Shown: piece after piece, positions 9,241 to 17,973 of the stretch
Numbering within the stretch: the first letter of the stretch is position 1
Layout: every line of letters starts with the position of its first letter
Assembly: GCA_025355465.1 (NCBI GenBank)
Contig: JANXZO010000075.1
Location: 51,564 to 115,563 of the forward strand
From: Bacteroidales bacterium
GTDB lineage: Bacteria; Bacteroidota; Bacteroidia; Bacteroidales; FEN-979
Direction: 5' to 3'
Length of the DNA: 64,000 bases
The notes under the pieces: model-generated
Seen by the model: the letters and a program-made list of their open reading frames with translations, nothing else
Database searches by the model: none
What the model was told of the DNA's origin: nothing
Position numbers and translations under genes: made by a program

Positions 9241-9540
9241 AATGTGTGTCGTTTGTTAAAGAGTTTGATTAATGGTTAAGTTTAATTCAAATGCGCAACG
9301 GGAAAATTTAAATTTTTGGTACGGCTTTCCCAAATACCATACCACAAACAACCTAAATCGGAGATAGTTGCCTGGAGGTGAACTATTTTTGCCCGGATTA
9401 AGTACAAATAGTCATATAACAAATGATGTATATGTCATATAATCAAAGTCATACAACTCCTGCGGTGGGATCTATTCCTGAATGAGGAAGGTTGGTTGTT
9501 TGCGGGGAAGAATCTGACGATAAAAGGGTGTTTCGGGAGT

Positions 9541-9580
9541 TGGGTCAAATAACCCAGTTGTGGATGGGTTATTTGACCCA
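9541..9580 (-). terminator. Strong hairpin / twin dyad just after the response-regulator stop codon
   Basis: TGGGTCAAATAACCCA (9541-9556), an 8-nt spacer, then its perfect reverse complement TGGGTTATTTGACCCA (9565-9580). The RR stop codon is at 9588-9590. No T-tract follows, so a protein-binding role is equally possible. Confidence 0.45.
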
Positions 9581-9587
9581 ATTTTGA

Positions 9588-10967
9588 TCAGAGTTTGTAT
9601 TTTTTCATCTTATACCGGAGGGTGTCGCGGGTAATTCCCAGTATTTTGGCTGCCTTGGTCTGGTTGTGTTCAGCTTTGTTGAGCGATTCGATGATGGTTT
9701 GCTTCTCCAGGTCATAGAGTGACGAGCCCTCAGCCATGCTCCTGACCAGTTCCGCCGAAGGAATTAGCGGATGGGCCGGGTCGCTGTGTAGTTTTACGAT
9801 CTCAGCCGGCAGGTTTTCCACCTGAACTACATCATGGGTCTCAAGAATAACAGCCCTTTCAATGACGTTACGCAGCTCACGGATATTTCCGGGCCAGGAA
9901 TATTTCTCGAGCAGATGCTTGGCATCCGGGTCAATCAACCGGATACTCTTCCTGAACTGGTTGTTGAAATGTGCCAGAAAATGGTCTGAAAGCAGTGAAA
10001 TGTCCTCCGGATGTTCGCGCAATGGCGGGATCATGATCTGAAAAACAGTAAGCCGGTAGAACAGATCTTCCCGGAATGTTTTATCTTCAATGGAACGCTT
10101 AAGATCTTTGTTTGTGGCGGCAATGATACGTATATCAACCGGGATGTCCGCAGTGCCGCTAAGTCTGCGGATGACCCTGTTCTCAATCACCCCCAGCAGT
10201 TTCACCTGGGTTACCATGTTGATCTCGCCAATCTCATCCAGAAATACCGTACCTCCCTCAGCCATCTCGAACAACCCTTTCTTCAGCTTCTTTGCATCGG
10301 TAAAGGCTCCCTGCTCATGGCCAAAGAGTTCACTCTCCAGCAGTGTTTCCGGCAAAGAGGCGCAATTGATGGTAACGAAAGGTTTGTTGCTGCGGTTACT
10401 TTCGTTGTGAATCGCCCTGGCAAACAGATCTTTCCCCGTACCGCTTTCTCCCAGCAACAACACCGTGGTCGTGTTGATCCTGGCGATTTTGTTGGATAGC
10501 TGGATGATCTTGCGGATCACGGGGGAACGGCCAACAATATGGTCGAAGGTCACCTTGTCCTTGTGTTGCCGGCGAAGCAACTGTACCTCGTTGCTAATGC
10601 TGATTTTTTCGCGGATACTGTCGATGATCGCATAGATCTCCTTGAAGGAAAACGGTTTGTTCACATACTCCTGAGCGCCGAGTTTCATCGCCTTCACCGC
10701 CGTGTCGATGGAGCCGTAAGCGGTCATAAAAACGATGTTGGTGTCTTCGTTCATACTACGGATCCTGGAGATGACTTCCAGCCCCTGCATGCCCGGCAGC
10801 TTATTGTCGACAAAGGCGACATCAGGAACCTCCGATTCGCACAACTGAAGCCCCTCTTCACCACTCTCCGCAGTGAAGACAGTGTATCCCAAAGTCCTCA
10901 GTTTTTTCTCAAACGACCAGCGTATCAGCTGTTCATCGTCGATCACAAGAATTTTCAGTGGTTGCAT
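9588..10967 (-). CDS. Sigma-54-dependent response regulator (NtrC family: REC + AAA+ + Fis-type HTH)
   Basis: REC domain (ILVIDDE...AFVDNKLPG). Walker A GESGTGKD, GAFTGA-like loop GAFTDA, Walker B VFLDEIGE. C-terminal HTH (KAAKILGITRDTLRYKMKKY). Confidence 0.92.
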   Translation of the reverse strand: MQPLKILVIDDEQLIRWSFEKKLRTLGYTVFTAESGEEGLQLCESEVPDVAFVDNKLPGMQGLEVISRIRSMNEDTNIVFMTAYGSIDTAVKAMKLGAQEYVNKPFSFKEIYAIIDSIREKISISNEVQLLRRQHKDKVTFDHIVGRSPVIRKIIQLSNKIARINTTTVLLLGESGTGKDLFARAIHNESNRSNKPFVTINCASLPETLLESELFGHEQGAFTDAKKLKKGLFEMAEGGTVFLDEIGEINMVTQVKLLGVIENRVIRRLSGTADIPVDIRIIAATNKDLKRSIEDKTFREDLFYRLTVFQIMIPPLREHPEDISLLSDHFLAHFNNQFRKSIRLIDPDAKHLLEKYSWPGNIRELRNVIERAVILETHDVVQVENLPAEIVKLHSDPAHPLIPSAELVRSMAEGSSLYDLEKQTIIESLNKAEHNQTKAAKILGITRDTLRYKMKKYKL

Positions 10968-11000
10968 CGAAACGTCTAACTTATTTCAGCCAATGCGAAT

Positions 11001-12458
11001 TTATAAATTTGCCGGCAGCGTGATGAAGAAAGTACATCCTTTGTCGGGGTTATTTTCCACCCTGATCTCCCCCTGGTGCATTTCAATGATCTCCTTTGCA
11101 ATAGCCAGCCCCAATCCTGTACCCTGGGTCCTTGTCGTGTAAAAAGGCTTGAAGATATTTTGCAGCTTATCCACGGGGATGCCAATTCCCGTATCCCTGA
11201 CCGTGATCTGCACCGCCTTCTCTGCGGGCAACAACGCCGTGGTATACGTAATGACCCCCTTTTCATCCGAAGCCTGCATGGCATTCAGCCCCAGGTTCAG
11301 CAACACGTTCTCCACCTGTTCCGGATCGAAGAAAAAGCCGGGAATATCCTTACTCAATTCAACCCTGAAGGTAATATTTTTTTTAACACCCTGGTTCTCA
11401 AGAAAAAAAACAACCGACCTCACGATCTCATTGATGTCGGCCTCCTGTGTGTTCAGATCCTTCGACCGGGAGTAATTTAAAAGGTTTGAAACGGCCTTGT
11501 TCACCCGGTTTGCCTGTCGCTGTATCTCTTCCAGCACAGGCTTGTTCTCCGTGTCTTTGGTCTCATCGATGATGATTTCAATGGCATTGGCAATCCCTGT
11601 GATGGGGTTGCGGATCTCGTGGGCCAACCGGGCCGACATCTCCCCGATGGTGGCCAGCTTCTGCGTATTCCTGATCTCCTGCTGATGATAACGCTGGAGC
11701 TCCTTCTGGGTCTGCTGGAACTGCCCCACCATCTCATTGAAACTCTTGCCAAGTTTGCCCAGCTCCGTTGACTTGGGGATCCTGATCCGTTCATCAAGGT
11801 TCCCCTGGTTGATGAGGTTCATGGCAGACTGGAACTGTGTTAGCGATTTCCGCACGATCTTATAATGCAAAACCAGCACAAAACCCATGATCAGGAGGAT
11901 CATAAGAATGGTAAACACCAAACTGAACTGGCGGGTAAAGGCCAGGGTGTCTTCCGGCGAATGCATCGAATAATCAACGCCGATGTATCCCAGAATGGGC
12001 TTGTTCTGCTCATGGCAGGCGTGACACGACGGACCATTTTTCATCCGGATAATCGCCCGCGAAAAGGGAACCGGCAGGTCTTTGTAGATCCTCACAGTTA
12101 CATCGTTGGGGACGGATGCAAGTCTTTTAATGTTCAGGGTATCGAAATCCTTTTTACGGATGCCGTCAGGGTAAAGTACATTGCCGTCGGCATCAATCAG
12201 ATAGGAATGGAGCACCTGTCCGCTTTTGTCGAGTTGGCGAAGTACAGGTTTAATCACCCTGCCATCGTGAACCGCCACGATCTGCTCCTTCATCAGGCGG
12301 AGAACCGACATGATATCCTCCTCTGCATTCTGGTATATTTTCTTACTCAGATAATAGTGATAGGTATAAAACGAAAGAAAGGACATCACGGTGATTACGA
12401 CAATGAGCGTGGCCACAATGCGAAACCGGAAGGAGCTGAAATTGATCTCTATTTTCAT
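11001..12458 (-). CDS. Sensor histidine kinase with a periplasmic CXXCH (putative c-type haem) sensor domain, HAMP, HisKA, HATPase_c
   Basis: Two TM helices (aa ~13-33 and ~178-198) bracket a ~145-aa loop containing CHACH (nt 12012-12026). HAMP domain, H-box HEIRNPITGI, N-box LLNLGLNAMQA, G-boxes DTGIGIP and GTGLGLAIAKE. Confidence 0.9.
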   Translation of the reverse strand: MKIEINFSSFRFRIVATLIVVITVMSFLSFYTYHYYLSKKIYQNAEEDIMSVLRLMKEQIVAVHDGRVIKPVLRQLDKSGQVLHSYLIDADGNVLYPDGIRKKDFDTLNIKRLASVPNDVTVRIYKDLPVPFSRAIIRMKNGPSCHACHEQNKPILGYIGVDYSMHSPEDTLAFTRQFSLVFTILMILLIMGFVLVLHYKIVRKSLTQFQSAMNLINQGNLDERIRIPKSTELGKLGKSFNEMVGQFQQTQKELQRYHQQEIRNTQKLATIGEMSARLAHEIRNPITGIANAIEIIIDETKDTENKPVLEEIQRQANRVNKAVSNLLNYSRSKDLNTQEADINEIVRSVVFFLENQGVKKNITFRVELSKDIPGFFFDPEQVENVLLNLGLNAMQASDEKGVITYTTALLPAEKAVQITVRDTGIGIPVDKLQNIFKPFYTTRTQGTGLGLAIAKEIIEMHQGEIRVENNPDKGCTFFITLPANL

Positions 12459-12488
12459 TCAAACTCTGGTTAACAGGATCTTGTTAAA

Positions 12489-14168
12489 TCAATAGGTTTC
12501 CGGATTGTGATTAAAACCATGACAGGTCAAACGGCAACTGCCATGTCTCACTCCGGTATCGGTGAACTGAATGATTCCTCCCGAAGGGGTAACGATGCCG
12601 GTTCTGAAGTTGATGAGGTTGGAGTTGTTGGTCAGGGTTCCCGGACTGCCGATGCCATGGGCGTCGTGACAAACGTTACAGGGGGCTTTCTCGTCAACGA
12701 TGTGTAGCCGGTGTTCCGGGAAGGTATTGATATTGTTGATGATGTTGTTCCTGTTATGACAGGAATAGCAGAGCGCATAAGCTGCAGCGGTCTCTGTGGT
12801 ATTGTCGGTGGTGATATACTGCTGTTTGAGAATGCGCGGGTAAATTGAGCCATGGGGACCTTTGGGAGAGCCCGTGCCGTCGCTGGCATGACATGCGGTG
12901 CAATACAGAACGGTGGAGGCTGTGTTGGGGGCAATCAGGTTCCCGGTAATTTCGGTGTTGTTGCGGGGTCCCACCACCGGATGAAAGGATGGATTGGTGG
13001 TGGCGAATTCGAGTCGCACGTTGCCCTGTACGATTACCCGGGGCGTAGCCGGGGGCGACATGCCCGGGGTGTTGGTATGGCAGCGGTAACAGATCTCGTA
13101 CTCGTAGAGGGCCGGGTTCACAGGATTTCCGGCCTGGTTGATTCCCTTCAACCCGATCATAAAGCCGTTTACATTGGGGGCTACGGCTGCTGTGTTGTTC
13201 GTTTGGTGTGCATTGTGGCAATCAACACACTCCACGTGGTTGGTAGCCACCAGGGAATTTTCCACCGGGTCGTGGATGCCGGTATACCCATAAACATTAT
13301 GCTTGTACGTTTTTGCAAACTGCGCCTGGATGTTCTTACCGGCCACATTCCCGTTGTGACAATCGAGGCAGTTGTTCTCCTCCGGCTGGAAGTCCATCAA
13401 CCTGAGTTTTCCTCCCGCAGAATGAGGGTTATGACAATTTTCGCAGCCATTCTGAGCCACCGTCGTATAGGCAGTGTGGAACCATGGGTCGGGAGCCACG
13501 CCGTTCCATGTTGCCGTGGAGTTGCGGTGACTGCCGCCGGCCCAGTTTGTGGGCGTATGGCAGGTAAGACAAAGGTTCGACGACTGGGTGGTGGCCACCA
13601 GGAAGGCAGAAAAGTTGTTTTTATGGGGGTCGTGGCAGGAGGTGCATTGTAGCTTTCCGTTCCATAACTTCACAGGGCCCGTGAGGCTGGCAGGGTTTAC
13701 CAGCTGTCCGTCGGCCGCTGCCAGGGCTGCATCATACAGAAAGGAAATGGGGTGATCGTTGGAGATGTCCTTGGTGAGATTGCTGACCCCGGTTGGCATG
13801 GTGGTAACCCCGCCGGCCATGGTGATTGGTGCGCCACGGCTGATGACGCTGCCAAGGGCAATGGTTCCGTCGTGGCACGAGAGACATAAAATCGAGGCTC
13901 CGTCGGGTTGCCCCAGGGTGGCCTGGGTGGTGGAACTGGTGTACAGGGTGTAGGTGAGCCCCGGGTCGAGCCGGTTCCACAGGGGCTGGTCAGGCCGGCC
14001 GTTGTGCGGGGCATGGCAAAAGATACAGATCTCCTGTTCGGTGGTGGCTTTGATCGTGCCGGGACCGGTTACCGAAAGGTTATGCTTGGTCGAAACAATC
14101 GTTTGTGCACTGATGGACAGCGGTATGGTGAGCATCAGCAAAGAGCTGAATTTAATACGTTTTAACAT
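12489..14168 (-). CDS. Multihaem c-type cytochrome, 11 CXXCH + 1 C-terminal CX3CH (12 predicted haems)
   Basis: Signal peptide present. Motifs CIFCH, CLSCH, CTSCH, CLTCH, CENCH, CLDCH, CVDCH, CYRCH, CTACH, CYSCH, CNVCH and CRLTCH. Its start directly abuts the stop of the upstream NHL gene (14168/14169). Confidence 0.9.
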   Translation of the reverse strand: MLKRIKFSSLLMLTIPLSISAQTIVSTKHNLSVTGPGTIKATTEQEICIFCHAPHNGRPDQPLWNRLDPGLTYTLYTSSTTQATLGQPDGASILCLSCHDGTIALGSVISRGAPITMAGGVTTMPTGVSNLTKDISNDHPISFLYDAALAAADGQLVNPASLTGPVKLWNGKLQCTSCHDPHKNNFSAFLVATTQSSNLCLTCHTPTNWAGGSHRNSTATWNGVAPDPWFHTAYTTVAQNGCENCHNPHSAGGKLRLMDFQPEENNCLDCHNGNVAGKNIQAQFAKTYKHNVYGYTGIHDPVENSLVATNHVECVDCHNAHQTNNTAAVAPNVNGFMIGLKGINQAGNPVNPALYEYEICYRCHTNTPGMSPPATPRVIVQGNVRLEFATTNPSFHPVVGPRNNTEITGNLIAPNTASTVLYCTACHASDGTGSPKGPHGSIYPRILKQQYITTDNTTETAAAYALCYSCHNRNNIINNINTFPEHRLHIVDEKAPCNVCHDAHGIGSPGTLTNNSNLINFRTGIVTPSGGIIQFTDTGVRHGSCRLTCHGFNHNPETY

Positions 14169-15179
14169 TTATTTATCTCCTCCGTTCATGAGTTGAAAAA
14201 CCTGAATTCGTGAATTGTAGCTATCCGCAACATAGATCCTGTCGCGGTTGTCGATGAAAATGCCCGAAGGCATCCAGAACTCTCCTTTGCCTTGTCCACG
14301 GGTACCGAAGGCGTAAAGCAGCCTGCCCTGCCGGTTAAAGATCTGCACGGCGCTAAAGATCGCATCGGCAATGTAAATATTGCCATACGAATCGGTGGCA
14401 ATTCCTTTGGGTCGCGCAAAATCACCGCTGCCGTCGCCGGCTTTGCCAAACTGGGAGATGAATTCGCCCTCCGGCGAAAAGATCTGCACCCTGAAATTCA
14501 TGGCATCCACAACGTACACCAGTCCCTGTTTGTCGATCCACAACGCCGCGGGGTAGTTGAATTCGCCAGGGGCATTACCTCTTTTTCCGAATCTTTTAAC
14601 CAACCTCCCTTTTTCGTCCAGCACCGTGATCCTGTGGGCATTCGTCTCCACCAGCCAGATCAGCCGTTCCGAAGGTACCCAAACGATCCCGGTAGGCCTG
14701 CCGAACGTGGAGTCGCTTAACAGACTCAGCGATTTTTTCTCCGGGTTGACCACAAAGATCTTGTTGTGGTAAGAGTCGGTGAAAAGGATGCTGTTCTCCC
14801 TGAACCGGCTGATGCCGACAAGGGAAGGAAAGGTTTTGTACTGCCTGGATTTAAATTGGGTTATTTCACCCACTTTGTCCTTTACCTTGAAGATCACGCC
14901 ATTTTCCTGGTCAAGGATAAAGCTGGTCACCGAATCTTTAACCACCAATGCAACAGGCCGGGTCAGCTCCAATGAATTTTTTCTTCCGAGGATAAAATCG
15001 GCAATACGGGTGCCTAAGCTGCGTTTGGGCTTCACTCCCGTGGTAGCCGGATATTGCCCGATCCATTCAATATAGGGCGCAGATGCTGTGTGCTTTACGA
15101 TGTCCTGGGCCCTTGCGGGAACCCCCGGCAAAATGGTTGCAAAGAGTAAGGAAATAAGTAAGATCCGCTTAAGATGCAT
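14169..15179 (-). CDS. NHL-repeat beta-propeller protein (secreted)
   Basis: ATG at 15179 (MHLKRILLISLLFATILPGVPARAQD). Classical NHL repeats (GEFNYPAALWIDKQGLVYVVDAMNFRVQIF, GDFARPKGIATDSYGNIYIADAIFSAVQIF, GEFWMPSGIFIDNRDRIYVADSYNSRIQVF). Confidence 0.8.
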   Translation of the reverse strand: MHLKRILLISLLFATILPGVPARAQDIVKHTASAPYIEWIGQYPATTGVKPKRSLGTRIADFILGRKNSLELTRPVALVVKDSVTSFILDQENGVIFKVKDKVGEITQFKSRQYKTFPSLVGISRFRENSILFTDSYHNKIFVVNPEKKSLSLLSDSTFGRPTGIVWVPSERLIWLVETNAHRITVLDEKGRLVKRFGKRGNAPGEFNYPAALWIDKQGLVYVVDAMNFRVQIFSPEGEFISQFGKAGDGSGDFARPKGIATDSYGNIYIADAIFSAVQIFNRQGRLLYAFGTRGQGKGEFWMPSGIFIDNRDRIYVADSYNSRIQVFQLMNGGDK

Positions 15180-15265
15180 GAAGGTCCTGATTGTGGAATT
15201 TAACAGCTGCGCAACAACGTGGTACAAAACCAATTTTCATCAAAGTTAAGATTTCGGCAGCATTA

Positions 15266-15281
15266 CTCAAATTTAGTGCCA
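15266..15281 (-). promoter_or_regulatory. Candidate sigma-54 (-24/-12)-like element upstream of the NHL-cytochrome-HK-RR operon
   Basis: The minus strand reads TGGCAC-TAAAT-TTGAG, against the consensus TGGCAC-N5-TTGCW. The -24 box is perfect but the -12 box has A instead of the conserved C. It lies ~85 nt upstream of the ATG at 15179. Weak call. Confidence 0.3.
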
Positions 15282-15443
15282 AAAGGTACCTCAGCGAAAC
15301 AGCGAAGCAGCGAAACAGGAAAAGTTTATTATTCGTCAGTCCGGATTATCCGGGATTGTGGTTTGATATTTGTAAGGTGCGGCGGCAGTTATACAATATT
15401 TCTGCTTCTTTTTCGTAAACTTATCCGGACCAATTCTAAAAAT

Positions 15444-17960
15444 ATGAAAAAAATCTTTGACTTTCTGATATCTTCACAAATGATGTTATTGCTGCTGATG
15501 ACTTTTGCACTGGCCATCGGATCGGCAACTTTTATTGAAGAGAAATTTGATACGGCCACTGCACACCGTGTTGTTTACAATGCCTGGTGGTTCGAGCTGA
15601 TCCTGCTGCTGCTGGCGGTGAATTTTATCGGGTCAATAAAACGATATAACCTCTGGCGCCGGGAAAAAGTTGCCAGCCTGCTTTTTCATCTCGCCTTTGT
15701 CGTGCTGATCATCGGGGCCGGAATTACACGGTATTTTGGTTTTGAAGGTATGATGCACATCCGTGAAGGGGGCTCTTCGCAGGTTATCTTCTGCGAAGGC
15801 AGGGATGGTGCAGGGATGAAAGAGATAACACTCCCGTTTTCGCTGCAGCTCAACGATTTTGTGCTCGACCGTTATGCCGGTTCCATGAGCCCCTCCTCCT
15901 ATGCCAGTGAGGTGACGCTCATCGACACCCGGAAGAATATTCGTGAAGAACACCGGATCTATATGAACCATGTGCTCGATTACGGAGGGTATCGCTTTTT
16001 CCAGTCCTCCTACGACATGGATGAAAAGGGAACAGTGCTCTCGGTGAACCACGACCGTGCCGGCACCTGGGTATCCTACTTCGGATACCTTCTTCTGTCC
16101 ATCGGGTTTGTGGCTACCCTGTTCAGCCGCAACTCAAGGTTCCGCATTCTCAGCAAAGCGATCGACAGGATCCGTGCCGACCGCAAATCCGGCCTTACCG
16201 CCCTGGTAGTATTGCTGTTTATGGTCACCACTTCGGTTTATGCCCAACCGGCCTTGCCAGCGGAACAGCAGGGGGTTCAGGCGCACGTGGGGGCTGCACA
16301 TGCCGAAAAGCTGGGCCACCTGCTGGTACAGACCTTCGATGGCCGGTTTGAACCGATTCATACCCTGGCTTATGATGTGATGCATAAAATTTCGCGCAAA
16401 GATCACTTTCATACAGACCAGAAAGGAGACATGGATGCCGTTCAGGTTTTTGTGGATATGATTATGGATCCTGAATTCTGGAAACAGCAGAAAATTATCT
16501 ATGTACGGGAGAAGCCGGTGAGAGATATCCTCGGTGTAACTGGTGAATATGCCTGTTTCTACGATTTTCTCGATGCGCAGGGGCGGTATAAACTCTCCTC
16601 CTTCGCTGAAACTGCTTTCCGAAAACGGCCGGCAGCGCAAAATGCCTTCGACAAGGAGATCATCAAGGTGGATGAACGGGCCAACATCTGGATGTCGGTT
16701 CAAAATGGTTCACTCCTGAAGATATTCCCGCTTCAGAACGCTCCCAACCACAAGTGGATCAGTTTTGTTGATTCGCTGGCGCAGGTGCCGCTCACCGGAA
16801 AACTCCTGGAGATAAACAAGGACCTTCCGCTTAACCAGTTTGACTACAACAACATGATGCACTACTACATGCAGACAGTTTTTGACGGAGCACGCAACGG
16901 CGACTATGCGCTGGCCGATAAAGCCTTGATGCACCTCTCGGATACCCAGCGGCAGGGAACTCCCGGCACAATCCTGCCCACCCCATCCATGGTAAATACC
17001 GAAATCCGGTACAATAAATCACAGATCTTTGTCACGCTACGTAACATTTATGCAATACTGAGTATTTTGATGCTGATCCTTGCCTTTGTTGACAATCTCC
17101 GGTTAAAAAAGAGCCGGCTGCTCACCCTGGCGCTGAATTTGCTGGCCATCCTGCTCGGTGCCGCCTTCTTATACCATACCTATGGGATGGGACTGCGGTG
17201 GTACCTCACGGGTCATGCCCCCTGGAGCAATGGCTATGAAGCGCTCCTTCTGGTGGCCTGGGGGAGCCTGCTGGCCGGATTCTGTTTCATGCGCTACTCA
17301 AAGATTACCCTGGCAGCCACCGCCGTGCTTGCTTTTATGGTGCTGATGACGGCCGGGCACAGCAGTTACGACCCGCAGCTTACCAACCTTCAGCCGGTGC
17401 TGAAATCCTATTGGCTCATCATTCATGTGGCGGTCATCACGGTGAGTTATGGCTTCCTGGCGTTGGGGTTCCTGCTGGGTATGATCAATATGTGTATCTA
17501 CATTCTAAAGACGGAAGGTACGGCCGCCCGGCTCAATCAGATTATCAAAGAGCTGACGCTGACCAACGAGATGGCGCTCATTATCGGAATCGTACTGGCA
17601 ACCGTAGGCACCTTCCTTGGCGGCGTGTGGGCCAACGAATCGTGGGGACGTTACTGGGGTTGGGATGCCAAGGAGACCTGGGCGCTGGCGATCGTCATCA
17701 CCTATGCCATGATCCTTCACCTGCGTTTTGTACCGGGCATGAAAGGCGGATTTGTCTTTAATGTAGCTTCGGTGATCGGCTTTGGCAGCGTGATCATGAC
17801 CTTTGTCGGGGTTAACTATTACCTGTCGAAAGGACTTCACAGCTATGCCGCCGACGACAACAAGGTTTTCCCGCTCTGGGCCTGGGGAGGGATCGCAGCG
17901 ATCCTGTTGCTGATTGTTGCAGCCTGGTTCCGGGAACGGAGGTTCAAAAATTCGGAGTAA
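15444..17960 (+). CDS. ccsBA: System II cytochrome c biogenesis protein, fused ResB/CcsB-CcsA (CcsBA)
   Basis: ATG at 15444 (MKKIFDFLISSQMMLLLL). The N-terminal part is ResB-like with a large periplasmic loop. The C-terminal part is CcsA-like with a Trp-rich WWD motif (WGRYWGWDAKETWAL) and multiple TM helices. The upstream part of the listed ORF is non-coding. Confidence 0.88.
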   Translation: MKKIFDFLISSQMMLLLLMTFALAIGSATFIEEKFDTATAHRVVYNAWWFELILLLLAVNFIGSIKRYNLWRREKVASLLFHLAFVVLIIGAGITRYFGFEGMMHIREGGSSQVIFCEGRDGAGMKEITLPFSLQLNDFVLDRYAGSMSPSSYASEVTLIDTRKNIREEHRIYMNHVLDYGGYRFFQSSYDMDEKGTVLSVNHDRAGTWVSYFGYLLLSIGFVATLFSRNSRFRILSKAIDRIRADRKSGLTALVVLLFMVTTSVYAQPALPAEQQGVQAHVGAAHAEKLGHLLVQTFDGRFEPIHTLAYDVMHKISRKDHFHTDQKGDMDAVQVFVDMIMDPEFWKQQKIIYVREKPVRDILGVTGEYACFYDFLDAQGRYKLSSFAETAFRKRPAAQNAFDKEIIKVDERANIWMSVQNGSLLKIFPLQNAPNHKWISFVDSLAQVPLTGKLLEINKDLPLNQFDYNNMMHYYMQTVFDGARNGDYALADKALMHLSDTQRQGTPGTILPTPSMVNTEIRYNKSQIFVTLRNIYAILSILMLILAFVDNLRLKKSRLLTLALNLLAILLGAAFLYHTYGMGLRWYLTGHAPWSNGYEALLLVAWGSLLAGFCFMRYSKITLAATAVLAFMVLMTAGHSSYDPQLTNLQPVLKSYWLIIHVAVITVSYGFLALGFLLGMINMCIYILKTEGTAARLNQIIKELTLTNEMALIIGIVLATVGTFLGGVWANESWGRYWGWDAKETWALAIVITYAMILHLRFVPGMKGGFVFNVASVIGFGSVIMTFVGVNYYLSKGLHSYAADDNKVFPLWAWGGIAAILLLIVAAWFRERRFKNSE

Positions 17961-17973
17961 CTTAGGGGCCAGA

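Noticed and set aside
9241-9540. Search for a sigma-54 -24/-12 promoter or a clear TAnnTTTG box upstream of the tetrahaem cytochrome gene.
   Set aside because: The best candidate is the minus-strand TGGTAT-N6-AAGC around 9324-9340. It has the wrong spacing and a poor -12 element, so no promoter is reported there.
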